64,000 bases of DNA. It comes from an uncultured delta proteobacterium. Its GTDB lineage: Bacteria; Myxococcota_A; UBA9160; SZUA-336. Below the pieces are notes generated by a model. The model ran no database searches and had not been told where the DNA came from. It saw only the letters and a program-made list of their open reading frames with translations. The position numbers and the translations under genes are program-made. Position 1 is the stretch's first letter; every line of letters starts with the position of its first letter. Where the stretch lies: NCBI GenBank assembly GCA_963704165.1, contig CAVPHD010000011.1, forward strand, positions 32,001-96,000, given 5' to 3'. Below are positions 31,759 through 41,574 of this stretch, piece by piece.

Positions 31759-34425
31759 TCAACCGAACCTCGAAAGCCGCTCCACCACGTCGCGGAAGCT
31801 CGGGTCGGCCGCGGCCACCTTCTCGAAGGCCTCGCGCGCTTCGGCCTCGCGTCCGGCGGCGAGAAGCGCCTCTCCGAGGTCGTAGCGGAGCGAGACCACC
31901 GCGTCGTCCGAGTCCCCGGCGCGCGCGAGCGCGTCCTCGAGGTGCGCGGCCGCCGCCGTCGGATCTCCGAGCGCGAGCCTGCAGTACGCGAGCAGCGACA
32001 ACGCCTCGGTCATGCGCGCACCCGTCCGCAGCACGGCTTCGAGCTCGCGCACGGCGTCCTCGTGCAGACCCATTTCCTTGTAGGCGATCGCGAGGTCGTA
32101 GTGCGTGTCGGAATCGCCCTCCTCGACCTGCTCCTCGATGCCCTTCTTGAACGCCGAGAAGACCTCCGCGAAGCCGCGCCCCACCGCGCCCAGACCGCTC
32201 AGCGTCCCGATCGTCTGGCCGGTGGTGGAGTCGTCCTCGGCAAGCTCCGCCGCGAGGTCGAATTCGCCCTCCTCGTCGGCCGACTCGTGGGTCTCTTCGA
32301 GCTCGGTCATCGCCTCGTCGGCGCGTTCGAGCTCGATCGGCGGCGAGGTGTCTTCGGCGAAGACGACTTCGTCGCGAGGCGCGGGCTCGAGCTCCTCGAG
32401 GGGAGGAATCGTGTCCTCGCCCAATACGTCGAGCTCGGCCTCGATCGACTCGGCGAGCGCCGGTATCTCGAACTCGTCGGACGGCTCGTTCGCCTCCGGC
32501 TGACAGACCATCGTCTCGCCGAGTACGTTGGCGGGGATCTCGACTTCGACGCCGGGCGCCTGACCGCGCGCCGCCGCAATCTCACCGAGGCGGAGCATCG
32601 CCTTCGGATGGTGCGGCGCGAGCGCGAGCACCGACTCGTAGATCTTCTCCGCCTCGTCGACGAGCCCCTGCTCGAGGTAGAAGTCGGCCTCGGACAGGTT
32701 CTCCGCGACACGCGCGGAAACGTCGGCGTGACTCGCACCTCGCTCCGATGCGATCGGTTTCGAGAACTCGAGCTCGGGCTCGGGCTCGGAGGGGAGTTCG
32801 GGCGAAGATGTCGCTTCGATCTCGAAGTCGAAATCGAGACCGTCGTCCTCGGCGGGCGATGGCTTCAGCGGTTCCGGCAAGGGCGGCCTTGGCACCGGCG
32901 CGAGCGGCGGTTGCGCGAGCGTGACCTCGACCGGCGGCCCGACCGAGGCGAAGTGCTCGTCGCGGTCCTCTTCGTCCTCGAGCACGATCTCGATGTCGGG
33001 AAGCGTGTCGAAGTCCTCGCCCGGCGCGAACGCCGCGATCTTCGACTCGGACTCCCCGATCTCGATCTCGGGCAGCGGCTCGGGATCGGCCGTGAGCTCG
33101 CCCGACGACACGAGCGAGTTGACTTCGAGCAGGTCCGAGAGAGCGGCCGAGTCATCGGACGAAACGAACTCGCCAGCCTGCGCGAGGACTTCCTGTGCGT
33201 CCGCCGAGCCGGGCTCGATCTCGAGCACGCGTCGCGCGATCCGCAACGCCTCTTCGTGATCGCCGAACTCCATCGAGACGCGGGCCTCGGCGATCAGGTC
33301 GGCAGCCTCCTGCGAGGCGGGCGCGGCCGCCGTTGGCGTCGCGGAGATCTTCGGCCGCGAGCGATCGGGTGGCGGCACGGCGCGGCCGGTCTCGACGAAG
33401 TCCGCAACGATGGGCGCCGCGGTCGCCGGCGGTCTCTTCCGTGCAACCAGCGGCACCGATTCCACGGGCTCGTCGAGCTCCAGCACGTCGTCCGCGGGTG
33501 AGCGCCCGGTGGAATCGGTGAGCAGCAGGCTCGGCGTGGTGTTGTCGTCGACGAGCGCGAGCTCGTCCGCGGTCACGTAGCGCTGCAGGATGTCGCGCGA
33601 TTTCTCGACGTCGCCACGCCGCTTGTACAGCTCCGCGATGTCGCGCCAGACGCGTCTCGCCGCGGTGTCGTCGCCGCTCGCCTCGTACGCGCTGACCAGC
33701 GACTCACGCAGCGCGATGTCGTCGGGGGACTTCGCGACCGCGGGCTCGAGCAGCTGCACCGCTTCGGCGTGCGCACCCGTCGCGAGCTTCGCGAAGATCA
33801 ATGCGCCGAGAGCGTCGGTGTTCTCGGGGAACGCGTGGAGCATCTGCTCCGCGACGCGAATCACCAGGTCGGCGCCGGACTGACGACGCACCTCTTCGAG
33901 CAGCGATGCGAACTCGCGCTGCGCGTCGTCGAGCATTCCCTCGCGCACGAAGAGCCCGGCGAGGTTCAGTCGGTTGGCGATGTTCGACGGGTCCAGCGAT
34001 GCCAGACGGCGCAGCAGATCGAAGGCCTCGCGCTTCAGCTCGCGCTTCTGGCAGAGCTTGAAGGCGTCCTGGAACTCGCGCAGCGCGTCGGACGTCAGGC
34101 CCATGCGCTGAAAGCACTCGCCGAGCCGGGTGCGCGCGTCGAGCGCATCCTCCTCGACGCGCAGGATCTGTTTGTAGATCGCGACCGCCTTCGCATCGAA
34201 GCCGGTGCGCGAGAACATGTCCGCGACTTCGGTGTACGTCGCGAGGGCCTTGGTCTTGTCCCCCTTCTTCAGGTGCAGGTCGCCGATCTTCAGCCGCAGG
34301 TTCGAATCCTTGGGATCCGCCTTCAGCAGCTTCTCGTACTCGAGCAAGGCTTTGTCGTACGACCCTTTCTGGGCGTACTTCTGGGCGGACTCGAGCGTCT
34401 TGCGCTTCTTTGGCGTGAAGGCCAG
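31759..34425 (-). CDS. sgmX: SgmX-like multi-TPR type IV pilus/polarity protein
   Basis: AQKGSYDKALLEYEKLLKADPKD N-terminal TPRs, acidic linker, ADFYLEQGL, THYDLAIAYKEMGL; position downstream of the pil/mglC block; probable CTG start at 34425. Confidence 0.72.
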   Translation of the reverse strand: MAFTPKKRKTLESAQKYAQKGSYDKALLEYEKLLKADPKDSNLRLKIGDLHLKKGDKTKALATYTEVADMFSRTGFDAKAVAIYKQILRVEEDALDARTRLGECFQRMGLTSDALREFQDAFKLCQKRELKREAFDLLRRLASLDPSNIANRLNLAGLFVREGMLDDAQREFASLLEEVRRQSGADLVIRVAEQMLHAFPENTDALGALIFAKLATGAHAEAVQLLEPAVAKSPDDIALRESLVSAYEASGDDTAARRVWRDIAELYKRRGDVEKSRDILQRYVTADELALVDDNTTPSLLLTDSTGRSPADDVLELDEPVESVPLVARKRPPATAAPIVADFVETGRAVPPPDRSRPKISATPTAAAPASQEAADLIAEARVSMEFGDHEEALRIARRVLEIEPGSADAQEVLAQAGEFVSSDDSAALSDLLEVNSLVSSGELTADPEPLPEIEIGESESKIAAFAPGEDFDTLPDIEIVLEDEEDRDEHFASVGPPVEVTLAQPPLAPVPRPPLPEPLKPSPAEDDGLDFDFEIEATSSPELPSEPEPELEFSKPIASERGASHADVSARVAENLSEADFYLEQGLVDEAEKIYESVLALAPHHPKAMLRLGEIAAARGQAPGVEVEIPANVLGETMVCQPEANEPSDEFEIPALAESIEAELDVLGEDTIPPLEELEPAPRDEVVFAEDTSPPIELERADEAMTELEETHESADEEGEFDLAAELAEDDSTTGQTIGTLSGLGAVGRGFAEVFSAFKKGIEEQVEEGDSDTHYDLAIAYKEMGLHEDAVRELEAVLRTGARMTEALSLLAYCRLALGDPTAAAAHLEDALARAGDSDDAVVSLRYDLGEALLAAGREAEAREAFEKVAAADPSFRDVVERLSRFG

Positions 34426-34428
34426 GGG

Positions 34429-34457
34429 TCGGTCCTCGCTTCGCTGGCGAGGACCGA
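34429..34457 (-). promoter_or_regulatory. 11-bp perfect hairpin covering the sgmX RBS
   Basis: TCGGTCCTCGC-cagcgaa-GCGAGGACCGA on the minus strand; GAGGA lies in the 3' arm. Confidence 0.6.
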
Positions 34458-34476
34458 GCGACTCGGGGGATCCTCG

Positions 34477-35265
34477 CTACGCAACCCTATCGGCGGCTTC
34501 GGGGAATCTTCTTAGGGAAAGGGCCGGCGCACAGAGAGGATCCCGCACACGTTGCGACATGCGCGCCTCGGCGCGAACGCGCTCGGCTGGCGACAGCCCC
34601 GCCGGCTCGAGGCGCACACCGAGCGCGGCTTCGAAGCTCGAAACGATCGCCTCGCGAAGATCGTCGGCGTCGATTCCCGGCGCGGGAGCGGGGCCCGGCT
34701 CGAAGCCCGTGAGCGCACGGTAGAGCGCGGAATCGTCGGCGATGCGAATCGAGCCATGCTGGAGCAGACCGAACGGTGTCCTGCGCTGGGCGCTGCCGAT
34801 CAGCTTTCGCCCGTCGAGCTCGACCTCGAAGCCGGTTGCGCCCGCGAAGCAGAGCTCGAGCCGCGAGGCGCCCTCGCCCGCTCGCGCTTCGCCGGCGGCG
34901 AACCCCACCGCCCGCAGACCCTCGAGCAGCCGCGCGCGGATCCACGCGTAGCTGCCGGTCAGGTCGTCGGGAATTCCCGCGGTGCCGGACGGCGCGATCA
35001 CCGCATAGGTCAGGTCGGTGGCGTGCAGGACGGCGCCGCCTCCCGTGACGCGTCGGACGGCGTCGACGCCGAGGGATTCGCAGCGATCGAGCCACACGGG
35101 CGCGAGCTGGCGATACCCGAGCGAGAGCGCCGGCGCTCGCCAGGAATAGAAGCGCAGGCTCGGGCCCGAGTTCGGTGCCTCGAGCAGGAGCGCCTCGTCG
35201 ACCGACATGTTCCAGGCGGCCGCGCCGGGTCCGTCGTGCAGGACCCGGAATCGCGTCGTTCCCAC
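34477..35265 (-). CDS. lipoate-protein ligase/octanoyltransferase (LplA/LipM family)
   Basis: NMSVDEALL, LRFYSW, SLGY, RRVTGGGAVLH, KLIGSAQ, QHGSI. Confidence 0.9.
   Translation of the reverse strand: MGTTRFRVLHDGPGAAAWNMSVDEALLLEAPNSGPSLRFYSWRAPALSLGYRQLAPVWLDRCESLGVDAVRRVTGGGAVLHATDLTYAVIAPSGTAGIPDDLTGSYAWIRARLLEGLRAVGFAAGEARAGEGASRLELCFAGATGFEVELDGRKLIGSAQRRTPFGLLQHGSIRIADDSALYRALTGFEPGPAPAPGIDADDLREAIVSSFEAALGVRLEPAGLSPAERVRAEARMSQRVRDPLCAPALSLRRFPEAADRVA
34487..34514 (-). promoter_or_regulatory. sigma28-like promoter motif upstream of sgmX
   Basis: TAAG-N16-GCCGATAG. Confidence 0.6.
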
Positions 35266-35697
35266 CTAGATCAGCCGGTCGAGGAGCGCCTCGAGCGCGA
35301 GCTCGTAGCCCTTGGCGCCAAGCCCGGAGATCTGTCCCCACGCGATTCCGGCGACGAGCGAGCGCTGCCGGAAATCCTCGCGCGCGTGGATGTTGGAGAG
35401 GTGGACCTCGACCACCGGCAGGCCGCTCGATACGAGCGCATCCCGCAGGGCCACACTCGTGTGTGTCAGGCCTCCGGGGTTGATGATGATCCCCTCGTGC
35501 GTCCGACGGGCGGCCTGGATCCGGTCGAGCAACGCGCCCTCGTGATTCGACTGGAACGATTCCACGTCGACCGAGCGCTTCGCGCCCTGCTCGCGAAGGC
35601 GCGCGTCGATCTCGGCGAGGGTCGTGCGGCCGTAGACTTCGGGTTCGCGCTCGCCGAGCAGATTCAGATTCGGGCCGTGCAGGACCAGGATCTTCAT
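35266..35697 (-). CDS. aroQ: type II 3-dehydroquinate dehydratase
   Basis: [38 protein letters not shown]. Confidence 0.96.
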   Translation of the reverse strand: MKILVLHGPNLNLLGEREPEVYGRTTLAEIDARLREQGAKRSVDVESFQSNHEGALLDRIQAARRTHEGIIINPGGLTHTSVALRDALVSSGLPVVEVHLSNIHAREDFRQRSLVAGIAWGQISGLGAKGYELALEALLDRLI

Positions 35698-35709
35698 GAG
35701 CCCAGCCTA

Positions 35710-36078
35710 CTACAGAGCCTCGCGGATCTCCTCCAGGAGCGTCCGCACCAGATACCGCGCCTTGCCGACCATCCCCGTCGCATCGAGCGCGAGCACGAGG
35801 AAGGTGTCTTCGTCGAGAAGGCGGAAGAAGACCTGATTGGCGCCGGTCACGAGCAGCATCTCCTCGAGCGCGCCGTCGCGCGAGCCGTTGAGGGCGCTGG
35901 CGACCTTCTGCGATTCCTGGAAGGTCCGGCCGAACTCGATCGCGATCGCCCCGAGATCCACGTCGGTCCCCGGGCGCGCGTATTCGTCGATCGCGACTCC
36001 ATCCCCCGCCATCACCGCGGCGGCGAGCGCGCCCGGAGTCTGATGGACGAGGGACTGAAGGATCTCGCGGAACGTCAT
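35710..36078 (-). CDS. mglC: roadblock/LC7 protein, MglC-like
   Basis: MTFREIL...GALAAAVMAGDGVAID...FLVLAL...GKARY; resembles Myxococcus MglC and lies downstream of pilQ. Confidence 0.72.
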   Translation of the reverse strand: MTFREILQSLVHQTPGALAAAVMAGDGVAIDEYARPGTDVDLGAIAIEFGRTFQESQKVASALNGSRDGALEEMLLVTGANQVFFRLLDEDTFLVLALDATGMVGKARYLVRTLLEEIREAL

Positions 36079-36584
36079 GCCCATGCGCCTCCCTGCTTGC
36101 GGCGAACGAGGTTCCCGAGCCAACGTTCCAGCTCGGCGACCACGCGCGCATTCCGACTCGAGTGCGATCGCGAAGGCGCGGGCGGCTTCTCGAGCGACGC
36201 GCGCACCGCGAGCGCGCGTGCATCGTCCGGGTATCGCCGCAGCACGTCGTCCGCGATCGCGAGTGCCTTTTCGGGGTGGCCCTGCTCCGCGAGAAGCCTC
36301 GCCACCGTCGGGGTCGCCAACGGCGCCGGCATGGCCTCGGAGACGAGCGCGTCCTGTGCGTCGAGGATCTGCGCGCGCGCCGCGGCGAGGCGCAGCGCGA
36401 GCTCCTCGGATCCGCCGGACTCGAGATCCTCGAGACAGGTCTCCACCAGCGCGAGCAGGCCCTCGTACAGCGGCGCCACCATGGCCGCACGTTCGACGCA
36501 CGCGACGGCGTCCGCGAACTCGCCGAGCCGCCAGTGGCCGCGCGCCAGCTCTACACGGAGTCGCGTCGCCTCGTCTGTGCTCAT
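36075..36584 (-). CDS. TPR-like hypothetical protein
   Basis: LATPTVARLLAEQGHPEKALAI, ELERWL; 4-nt overlaps on both sides. Confidence 0.7.
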   Translation of the reverse strand: MSTDEATRLRVELARGHWRLGEFADAVACVERAAMVAPLYEGLLALVETCLEDLESGGSEELALRLAAARAQILDAQDALVSEAMPAPLATPTVARLLAEQGHPEKALAIADDVLRRYPDDARALAVRASLEKPPAPSRSHSSRNARVVAELERWLGNLVRRKQGGAWA

Positions 36585-37657
36585 TCCGCTCCCGCCAGGA
36601 TCTCTTCCGGAGTCAGGCTCACCGGCTCCGCGCGGCCGATCTCGCGCAATGCCACGAACGTCACGCGCTCCCCCGTGAGCTTCTTATCGACCGCGATGGC
36701 GCGGAGATAAGCGCCGCGCTGCGCCGCCAGGTCGGGGACCGTGGTCGGCAACCCCGCGCGTTCGAGCAGCGCGACGAGGCGTGCGGAGACCCCGTCGGGA
36801 GCGAGTCCGCGCCGCTCGGAGAGACGTGCCGAGAACGCCATGCCGATACCGATCGCCTCGCCGTGGCGAATGCGATGCAGACCGCTCGCCAGCTCGACCG
36901 CGTGCCCGAGCGTGTGGCCGAAGTTGAGCAGCACGCGAAGTCCCGCCTCGCGCTCATCGCGTCCGACCACCTCCGCCTTGATCGCGCACGCGCGAGAGAT
37001 CGCCGCGCTGAGCGCCTCGCGCTCGAGATTCAGCATCGCGTCGAGGTTCTCCTCGAGCCACTTGAAGAAGTCCGCATCCCAGATCGCGGCCGCCTTGATC
37101 ACCTCCGCGAGCCCGGCGCGGCGCTCGCGCGGAGGGAGCGTGGCGAGCACGTCGGGATCGACCCACACGAGCCGGGGTTGGTAGAAGGTCCCGATCAGGT
37201 TCTTGCCCCGCTTGTGATTCAGCGCGGTCTTTCCGCCGACGCTGGCATCGACCTGCGCGAGCAGCGTCGTCGGCACCTGCACGAGAGGAAGGCCGCGCAG
37301 GAACGTCGACGCGACGAAGCCCGCCAGGTCGCAGGTCGCCCCGCCGCCGAGCGCGACGAGAACCGTGTCTCGCGTCGCGCGAAGCTCGAGGAGCTGATCC
37401 CAGGCGCGGCCCGCGACGCGCAGCGTCTTCGCACGCTCGCCGTCGGGCACGATCAGCCGGTCGAGCGTGACGTGCGCGCGCGCCATTCCGGTCGCCAGCG
37501 CGCCGTAGTGCAGCTCGGCGACACGCGGGCTGGTGACGGCGATCGCGCGCGTCGCGCCGAGCTCGCCGACGAGGGCCTCTCCCAGGTCCCCGAGCGAGCC
37601 GGGTCGGATCCGGATCGGATAGCTGCGCTCGCCGAGCAGGACCTGCACCGTGCTCAC
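36581..37657 (-). CDS. aroB: 3-dehydroquinate synthase
   Basis: GGGATCDLAGF, PTTLLAQVDASVGGKT, LNFGHTLGHA. Confidence 0.96.
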   Translation of the reverse strand: MSTVQVLLGERSYPIRIRPGSLGDLGEALVGELGATRAIAVTSPRVAELHYGALATGMARAHVTLDRLIVPDGERAKTLRVAGRAWDQLLELRATRDTVLVALGGGATCDLAGFVASTFLRGLPLVQVPTTLLAQVDASVGGKTALNHKRGKNLIGTFYQPRLVWVDPDVLATLPPRERRAGLAEVIKAAAIWDADFFKWLEENLDAMLNLEREALSAAISRACAIKAEVVGRDEREAGLRVLLNFGHTLGHAVELASGLHRIRHGEAIGIGMAFSARLSERRGLAPDGVSARLVALLERAGLPTTVPDLAAQRGAYLRAIAVDKKLTGERVTFVALREIGRAEPVSLTPEEILAGAE

Positions 37658-38211
37658 GTCGCGGCTCCGGCGTCGAGCGCTTCGAGGACGGCCGCGCAGA
37701 CCTCCTCGACGCCGAGATCGTCGGTCTCGATCCGGATCTCCGCGCTGGCATAGGCCTCGAGCCGCGCGGCCCGAAGCGCCTCGAGCTTCGCGATTCGCGC
37801 GGAGCGGTCGAGGTTCGCGAGCAGAGGACGGTCGCTCGCCACGCCGATCCGATCGACGATCGTCTCCGGTCGCGCGTCGAGCCAGACCAGCCGGCCCTTC
37901 TCGCGCAGCACGCGCCGATTCTCGGCGCTCACCGCTGCGCCCCCGCCGAGCGCGACCACGCAGCTCCTCGACGGCAGGGCCTCGAGGACTTCGCGCTCGC
38001 GCGCGCGGAAGCCGGTCTCACCCTCGCGGGCGAAGATCTCCGAGATCTTCATGAGCGCGGCCCTCTCCACCTCGGTGTCGGTGTCGACGAAACGCCACGC
38101 GAGCACCTTCGCCAATGCGCGACCGATACGGCTCTTTCCCGCGCCCATCGGGCCGGTCAAGAGCACGCATCGGTTGCGATCGACGCTCCCCACCATCCGG
38201 TCGGGGAGCAT
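37654..38211 (-). CDS. aroK: shikimate kinase
   Basis: GPMGAGKS, DTD, GETGFR, ALGGG, RPLL. Confidence 0.94.
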   Translation of the reverse strand: MLPDRMVGSVDRNRCVLLTGPMGAGKSRIGRALAKVLAWRFVDTDTEVERAALMKISEIFAREGETGFRAREREVLEALPSRSCVVALGGGAAVSAENRRVLREKGRLVWLDARPETIVDRIGVASDRPLLANLDRSARIAKLEALRAARLEAYASAEIRIETDDLGVEEVCAAVLEALDAGAAT

Positions 38212-38220
38212 AGCACCGCG

Positions 38221-41064
38221 TCACTGCACGTCGGACTGGACGCCCTGCACGATGCGCGGAGTCACGAACACGAGCAGCTCCCGGCGCTCGTCCTTCACTT
38301 CGCTGTTGCGGAAGAAGGTGCCGATGCCCGGGATGTCGGCCAGGAACGGGACCTTCGTCGAGCCGTGGCCATTGTCCACCACGTAGATTCCGCCGAGCAC
38401 CATCGTCTCGCCGTCGCGGAGGATCGCCTCGGTCTTGGTCTCGTTCTTGTTGATGCCGACCACGTCACCCGTCGCCGTCGAGAGGTTCGGCGAGTTCTTG
38501 GACACGCCGAGCTTCATGATGATCGAGCGGTTGGCGGTGATGTGCGGCGTGACCTTGAGCTCGAGCACCGCGTCCACGAAGGACGTGTTGATCTTGTCCG
38601 AGGTCACCTCGGTGAACTTGATCGCGACGCCCTGCTTGATCACGGCCTGCTTGTTGTCGAGCGTCACGACGCGCGGCGACGAGATCACCTTGCCCTGACG
38701 ATTCTCCTCGCCCGCCTGCAGCTGCATGTCGAGCTGGAGCTTGTCGTCGAGTCCGAGGATGCCCAGGTTCAAGAGCCCCGTCGGGTTCCCGATCGGGTTG
38801 CCGGTGAGGAAGTTGTTCTGCTGCAGGCCGAGACCCGGCAGCAGGTTCGGCTGGATCGTACCCGCCGCATCGTTCGGCGAATCCCAGCCCACACCCCAGA
38901 GCACGCCCAGGCCGCGCGAGAAGTTGAGCGTCGCTTCGACGATCTTCGCCTCGATCAACACCTGCGGGGTCTGGGTGTCGACGGCCTTCACGAGCGCGGT
39001 CGCCTCGTGGATCACCGACGGGATGTCCTTGATGATGAGCGTGTTGGTCCGGTCATCGACGTTCACCGAGCCGCGGCTCGAGAGCAGGCGCTTGACCAGC
39101 TTCCCGAGATCCGAGGCCTTCGCGAAGTTCACCGGCTGCAGCTTGACGACCAGATCCTCGAGCTTCTCACGCGATCGGCGATCCTGAAGGCGTGCCTCGC
39201 TCTCCATCTTGAGCGTCTCGACGGGCGCGATTCGCAGGATGTTGCCGATGCGCACGAAGCCGAGTCCCTTCGTCAGAAGGATGACGTCCAGCGCCTGGTC
39301 CCAGGGCACGTCGACCAGCCGGATCGTCACCTTGCCGCTGACTTCCTGGCCGGCGATCACGTTCAGGTCGGAGACCTCCGCGATCAGGCGCAGGATGTTC
39401 GCGATGTCGGCGTCCTTGAAGTCGAGCGAGACGCGCCGACCCTGGTAGGACTTCTCCTCGTCGAAGCCGCCCTCCGCGAGGAGGTCGATCGATGCCGGAT
39501 CGGCCGGGCCATCGAGGAACGGATCGTAGGCGACCTGCTGTCCCGTCGCGGTCTTGATTCCCGCCGGCGCCGCAGGAGCCTCGGTCGGATTCGCGCGCTC
39601 GGGCTGGGGTTCCGGAGACGTCGTTGCGACCGGCTCATCCGGAGCCGTCGGCAGATCGGCGTCGGTCGAGACCGTGCTCGGGTCGGTCATCGTCGGAGGC
39701 ACTTCGGCGGCGGCCGTCGCGCCCGCGGTGTTCATCGGAGCCGACGTCGAAGCCGCCGGTCCGCCCGGGCGCGCCATCTCGATCCGCAGCTGCGCCCCGT
39801 CCCAGGTCAGCGTCGCGGGGTCGGAGACGTTGCGCTTGAGGACGACGCGAACCTCGGGGCTCGGGACGTCGGGCGTGTTGAAGACCGAGAAGAGCTCGAT
39901 CGGACCGCCGAACTCCTTCGTATCGACGCGCCGTTCGGTCGCCGGATCGATCGTCGCATCCTTGAGCATGACGATCAGGGTCGAGTCATCCGGAGCGAAC
40001 TGCGAAGCCTTGACCTTTCGACCCAGCGTCAGGACGACGCGGTCGTGGGTCGGCAGTGACTCGAAGTGAACCGACTGCACGGCCGGATCGCCGCTCGGAA
40101 CGGGCTCGGAAGCCGCTGCCGCTTCGGGCGTCACGACGGGCTCCTCGGCGGCGGGCGCCGCGGGAACTCTGCTCGCCGTCTCCGCCGGCTTGGCCGCGGT
40201 GGTGCTCTCGGTCGGCTGCAGCTCGACGCGCAGGCCCATCGCGGTCGGAACGACCGTCGGCTTGCCCGTCGCAGCGCGCAGATCGAGCACGACTCGCACC
40301 TTGTCCGGATGCTCGCCGATCCTCGCCTGCGAGACGACGCCTTCCGCGAAGCTCTGCTTCGCGACCTTCATCGCGCTCTTCGCACCGAAGAGATCGATCA
40401 CGATCCGGTCGGGGTTCTGGAGCTGGAAGCTGTCCACGTTGTCGATCGGACCCGTGGCTCCGATCTCGACGCCGTCCGCGACGGCGGCGATGGTCTCGAC
40501 CTTCGGCGCCGTCGACTCGGCTGCAGCCGGTGTCGGCGCGGTCGTCGCCGCGGCCGCGGCCGGCTCGGGCGTCGGTTCAGGCGCGACCTCGGGCGGACCG
40601 GGCTGGCTCGGCGCCGGCTCGTTCGCGGCCACGGCGGTCGCGCGCAGCTCGACGACGATCTCGTCTCCCTGTGGCTTGACCTCGTAATCGGAAGCGGTCG
40701 TGAGCGCGATCGACACGCGGGCCATGCCGCGACCCGCCTTCGCGTCGCCGAACGCTCCCAGCGTCACGTCCTCCACCAGTCCGTTCTTCACGCTGATCGG
40801 CGTGGTCACGCCGTCGAACGCGACGTCCGGAAGCTCCAGGATCAGACGTGGCGGATCTTCGCGCATGAATGCGGTGTAGATCGCGTCCTTGGCTCCGCGC
40901 AGCACGATCCGCGTCAGGCCATCCTCGCCCTGTACCTCGACCGCAGAGATCGTCTTCGTCTCACCGGCCAGCGCGTGCGCTCCCGGAAGAAGCACGATCC
41001 ATGCGACCGCAGCAATGATTCGAAGCGTCCGCATTGTGAGTGACACCCCCTGCCGAGTCATCAT
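38221..41064 (-). CDS. pilQ: type IV pilus secretin PilQ with N-terminal AMIN domains
   Basis: PPRLILEL and PDRIVIDL AMIN segments, SLDFKDAD, VPWDQALD, QVLIEAKIVE, KVPFLADIP, ELLVFVTPRI. Confidence 0.95.
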   Translation of the reverse strand: MMTRQGVSLTMRTLRIIAAVAWIVLLPGAHALAGETKTISAVEVQGEDGLTRIVLRGAKDAIYTAFMREDPPRLILELPDVAFDGVTTPISVKNGLVEDVTLGAFGDAKAGRGMARVSIALTTASDYEVKPQGDEIVVELRATAVAANEPAPSQPGPPEVAPEPTPEPAAAAATTAPTPAAAESTAPKVETIAAVADGVEIGATGPIDNVDSFQLQNPDRIVIDLFGAKSAMKVAKQSFAEGVVSQARIGEHPDKVRVVLDLRAATGKPTVVPTAMGLRVELQPTESTTAAKPAETASRVPAAPAAEEPVVTPEAAAASEPVPSGDPAVQSVHFESLPTHDRVVLTLGRKVKASQFAPDDSTLIVMLKDATIDPATERRVDTKEFGGPIELFSVFNTPDVPSPEVRVVLKRNVSDPATLTWDGAQLRIEMARPGGPAASTSAPMNTAGATAAAEVPPTMTDPSTVSTDADLPTAPDEPVATTSPEPQPERANPTEAPAAPAGIKTATGQQVAYDPFLDGPADPASIDLLAEGGFDEEKSYQGRRVSLDFKDADIANILRLIAEVSDLNVIAGQEVSGKVTIRLVDVPWDQALDVILLTKGLGFVRIGNILRIAPVETLKMESEARLQDRRSREKLEDLVVKLQPVNFAKASDLGKLVKRLLSSRGSVNVDDRTNTLIIKDIPSVIHEATALVKAVDTQTPQVLIEAKIVEATLNFSRGLGVLWGVGWDSPNDAAGTIQPNLLPGLGLQQNNFLTGNPIGNPTGLLNLGILGLDDKLQLDMQLQAGEENRQGKVISSPRVVTLDNKQAVIKQGVAIKFTEVTSDKINTSFVDAVLELKVTPHITANRSIIMKLGVSKNSPNLSTATGDVVGINKNETKTEAILRDGETMVLGGIYVVDNGHGSTKVPFLADIPGIGTFFRNSEVKDERRELLVFVTPRIVQGVQSDVQ

Positions 41065-41573
41065 CCCTTCCTTCCGTTTGCGTAGAGCTCGAGGTCGACT
41101 TCTTTGGTCGTCGCTCGGTCCAGGTGATCGAGATAGGTTTCTTTCACGACAACCTTGTTGTCCTCGATGCGCAGAATCCGACCCTTGTTCTTTCCAATCG
41201 GCGTTCCAGCTCGAACGATGTACCCCTTGCCCGTGGGATCCCGAACCAGCGCTCTCGGCTCTTCGAATCCCCAGATGATTCCCATGACGGCGAGCTGTGT
41301 GAGATCGAAGCGCTCGAGCGGCGAGGAGTTCCCCTCGGGATCGAAAGTGACCTGTCTGCGCACGTACGAGCGGAAGGGATCGACCTTGTCCGTCGGGTCG
41401 TAGTGGTATTCCGCCGTCACGACCGCCGGTTCCGCCGCCGCCCGCTTCGCGGCCTTCGGCACCGTCGGTTTGGCCGCGCTGCTGCTCGCGCTCTCGTCGT
41501 CCGAGCACGCGGTCGCGAAGGCGAGCCCCGCAACCAGTGCGCAGACCCATCGGAGCGTCCGAAGGCCGCTCAT
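41061..41573 (-). CDS. pilP: type IV pilus lipoprotein PilP
   Basis: Lipobox FATAC, DPFRS, PLERFDL, GTPIGKNKG. Confidence 0.93.
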   Translation of the reverse strand: MSGLRTLRWVCALVAGLAFATACSDDESASSSAAKPTVPKAAKRAAAEPAVVTAEYHYDPTDKVDPFRSYVRRQVTFDPEGNSSPLERFDLTQLAVMGIIWGFEEPRALVRDPTGKGYIVRAGTPIGKNKGRILRIEDNKVVVKETYLDHLDRATTKEVDLELYANGRKG

Positions 41574-41574
41574 G

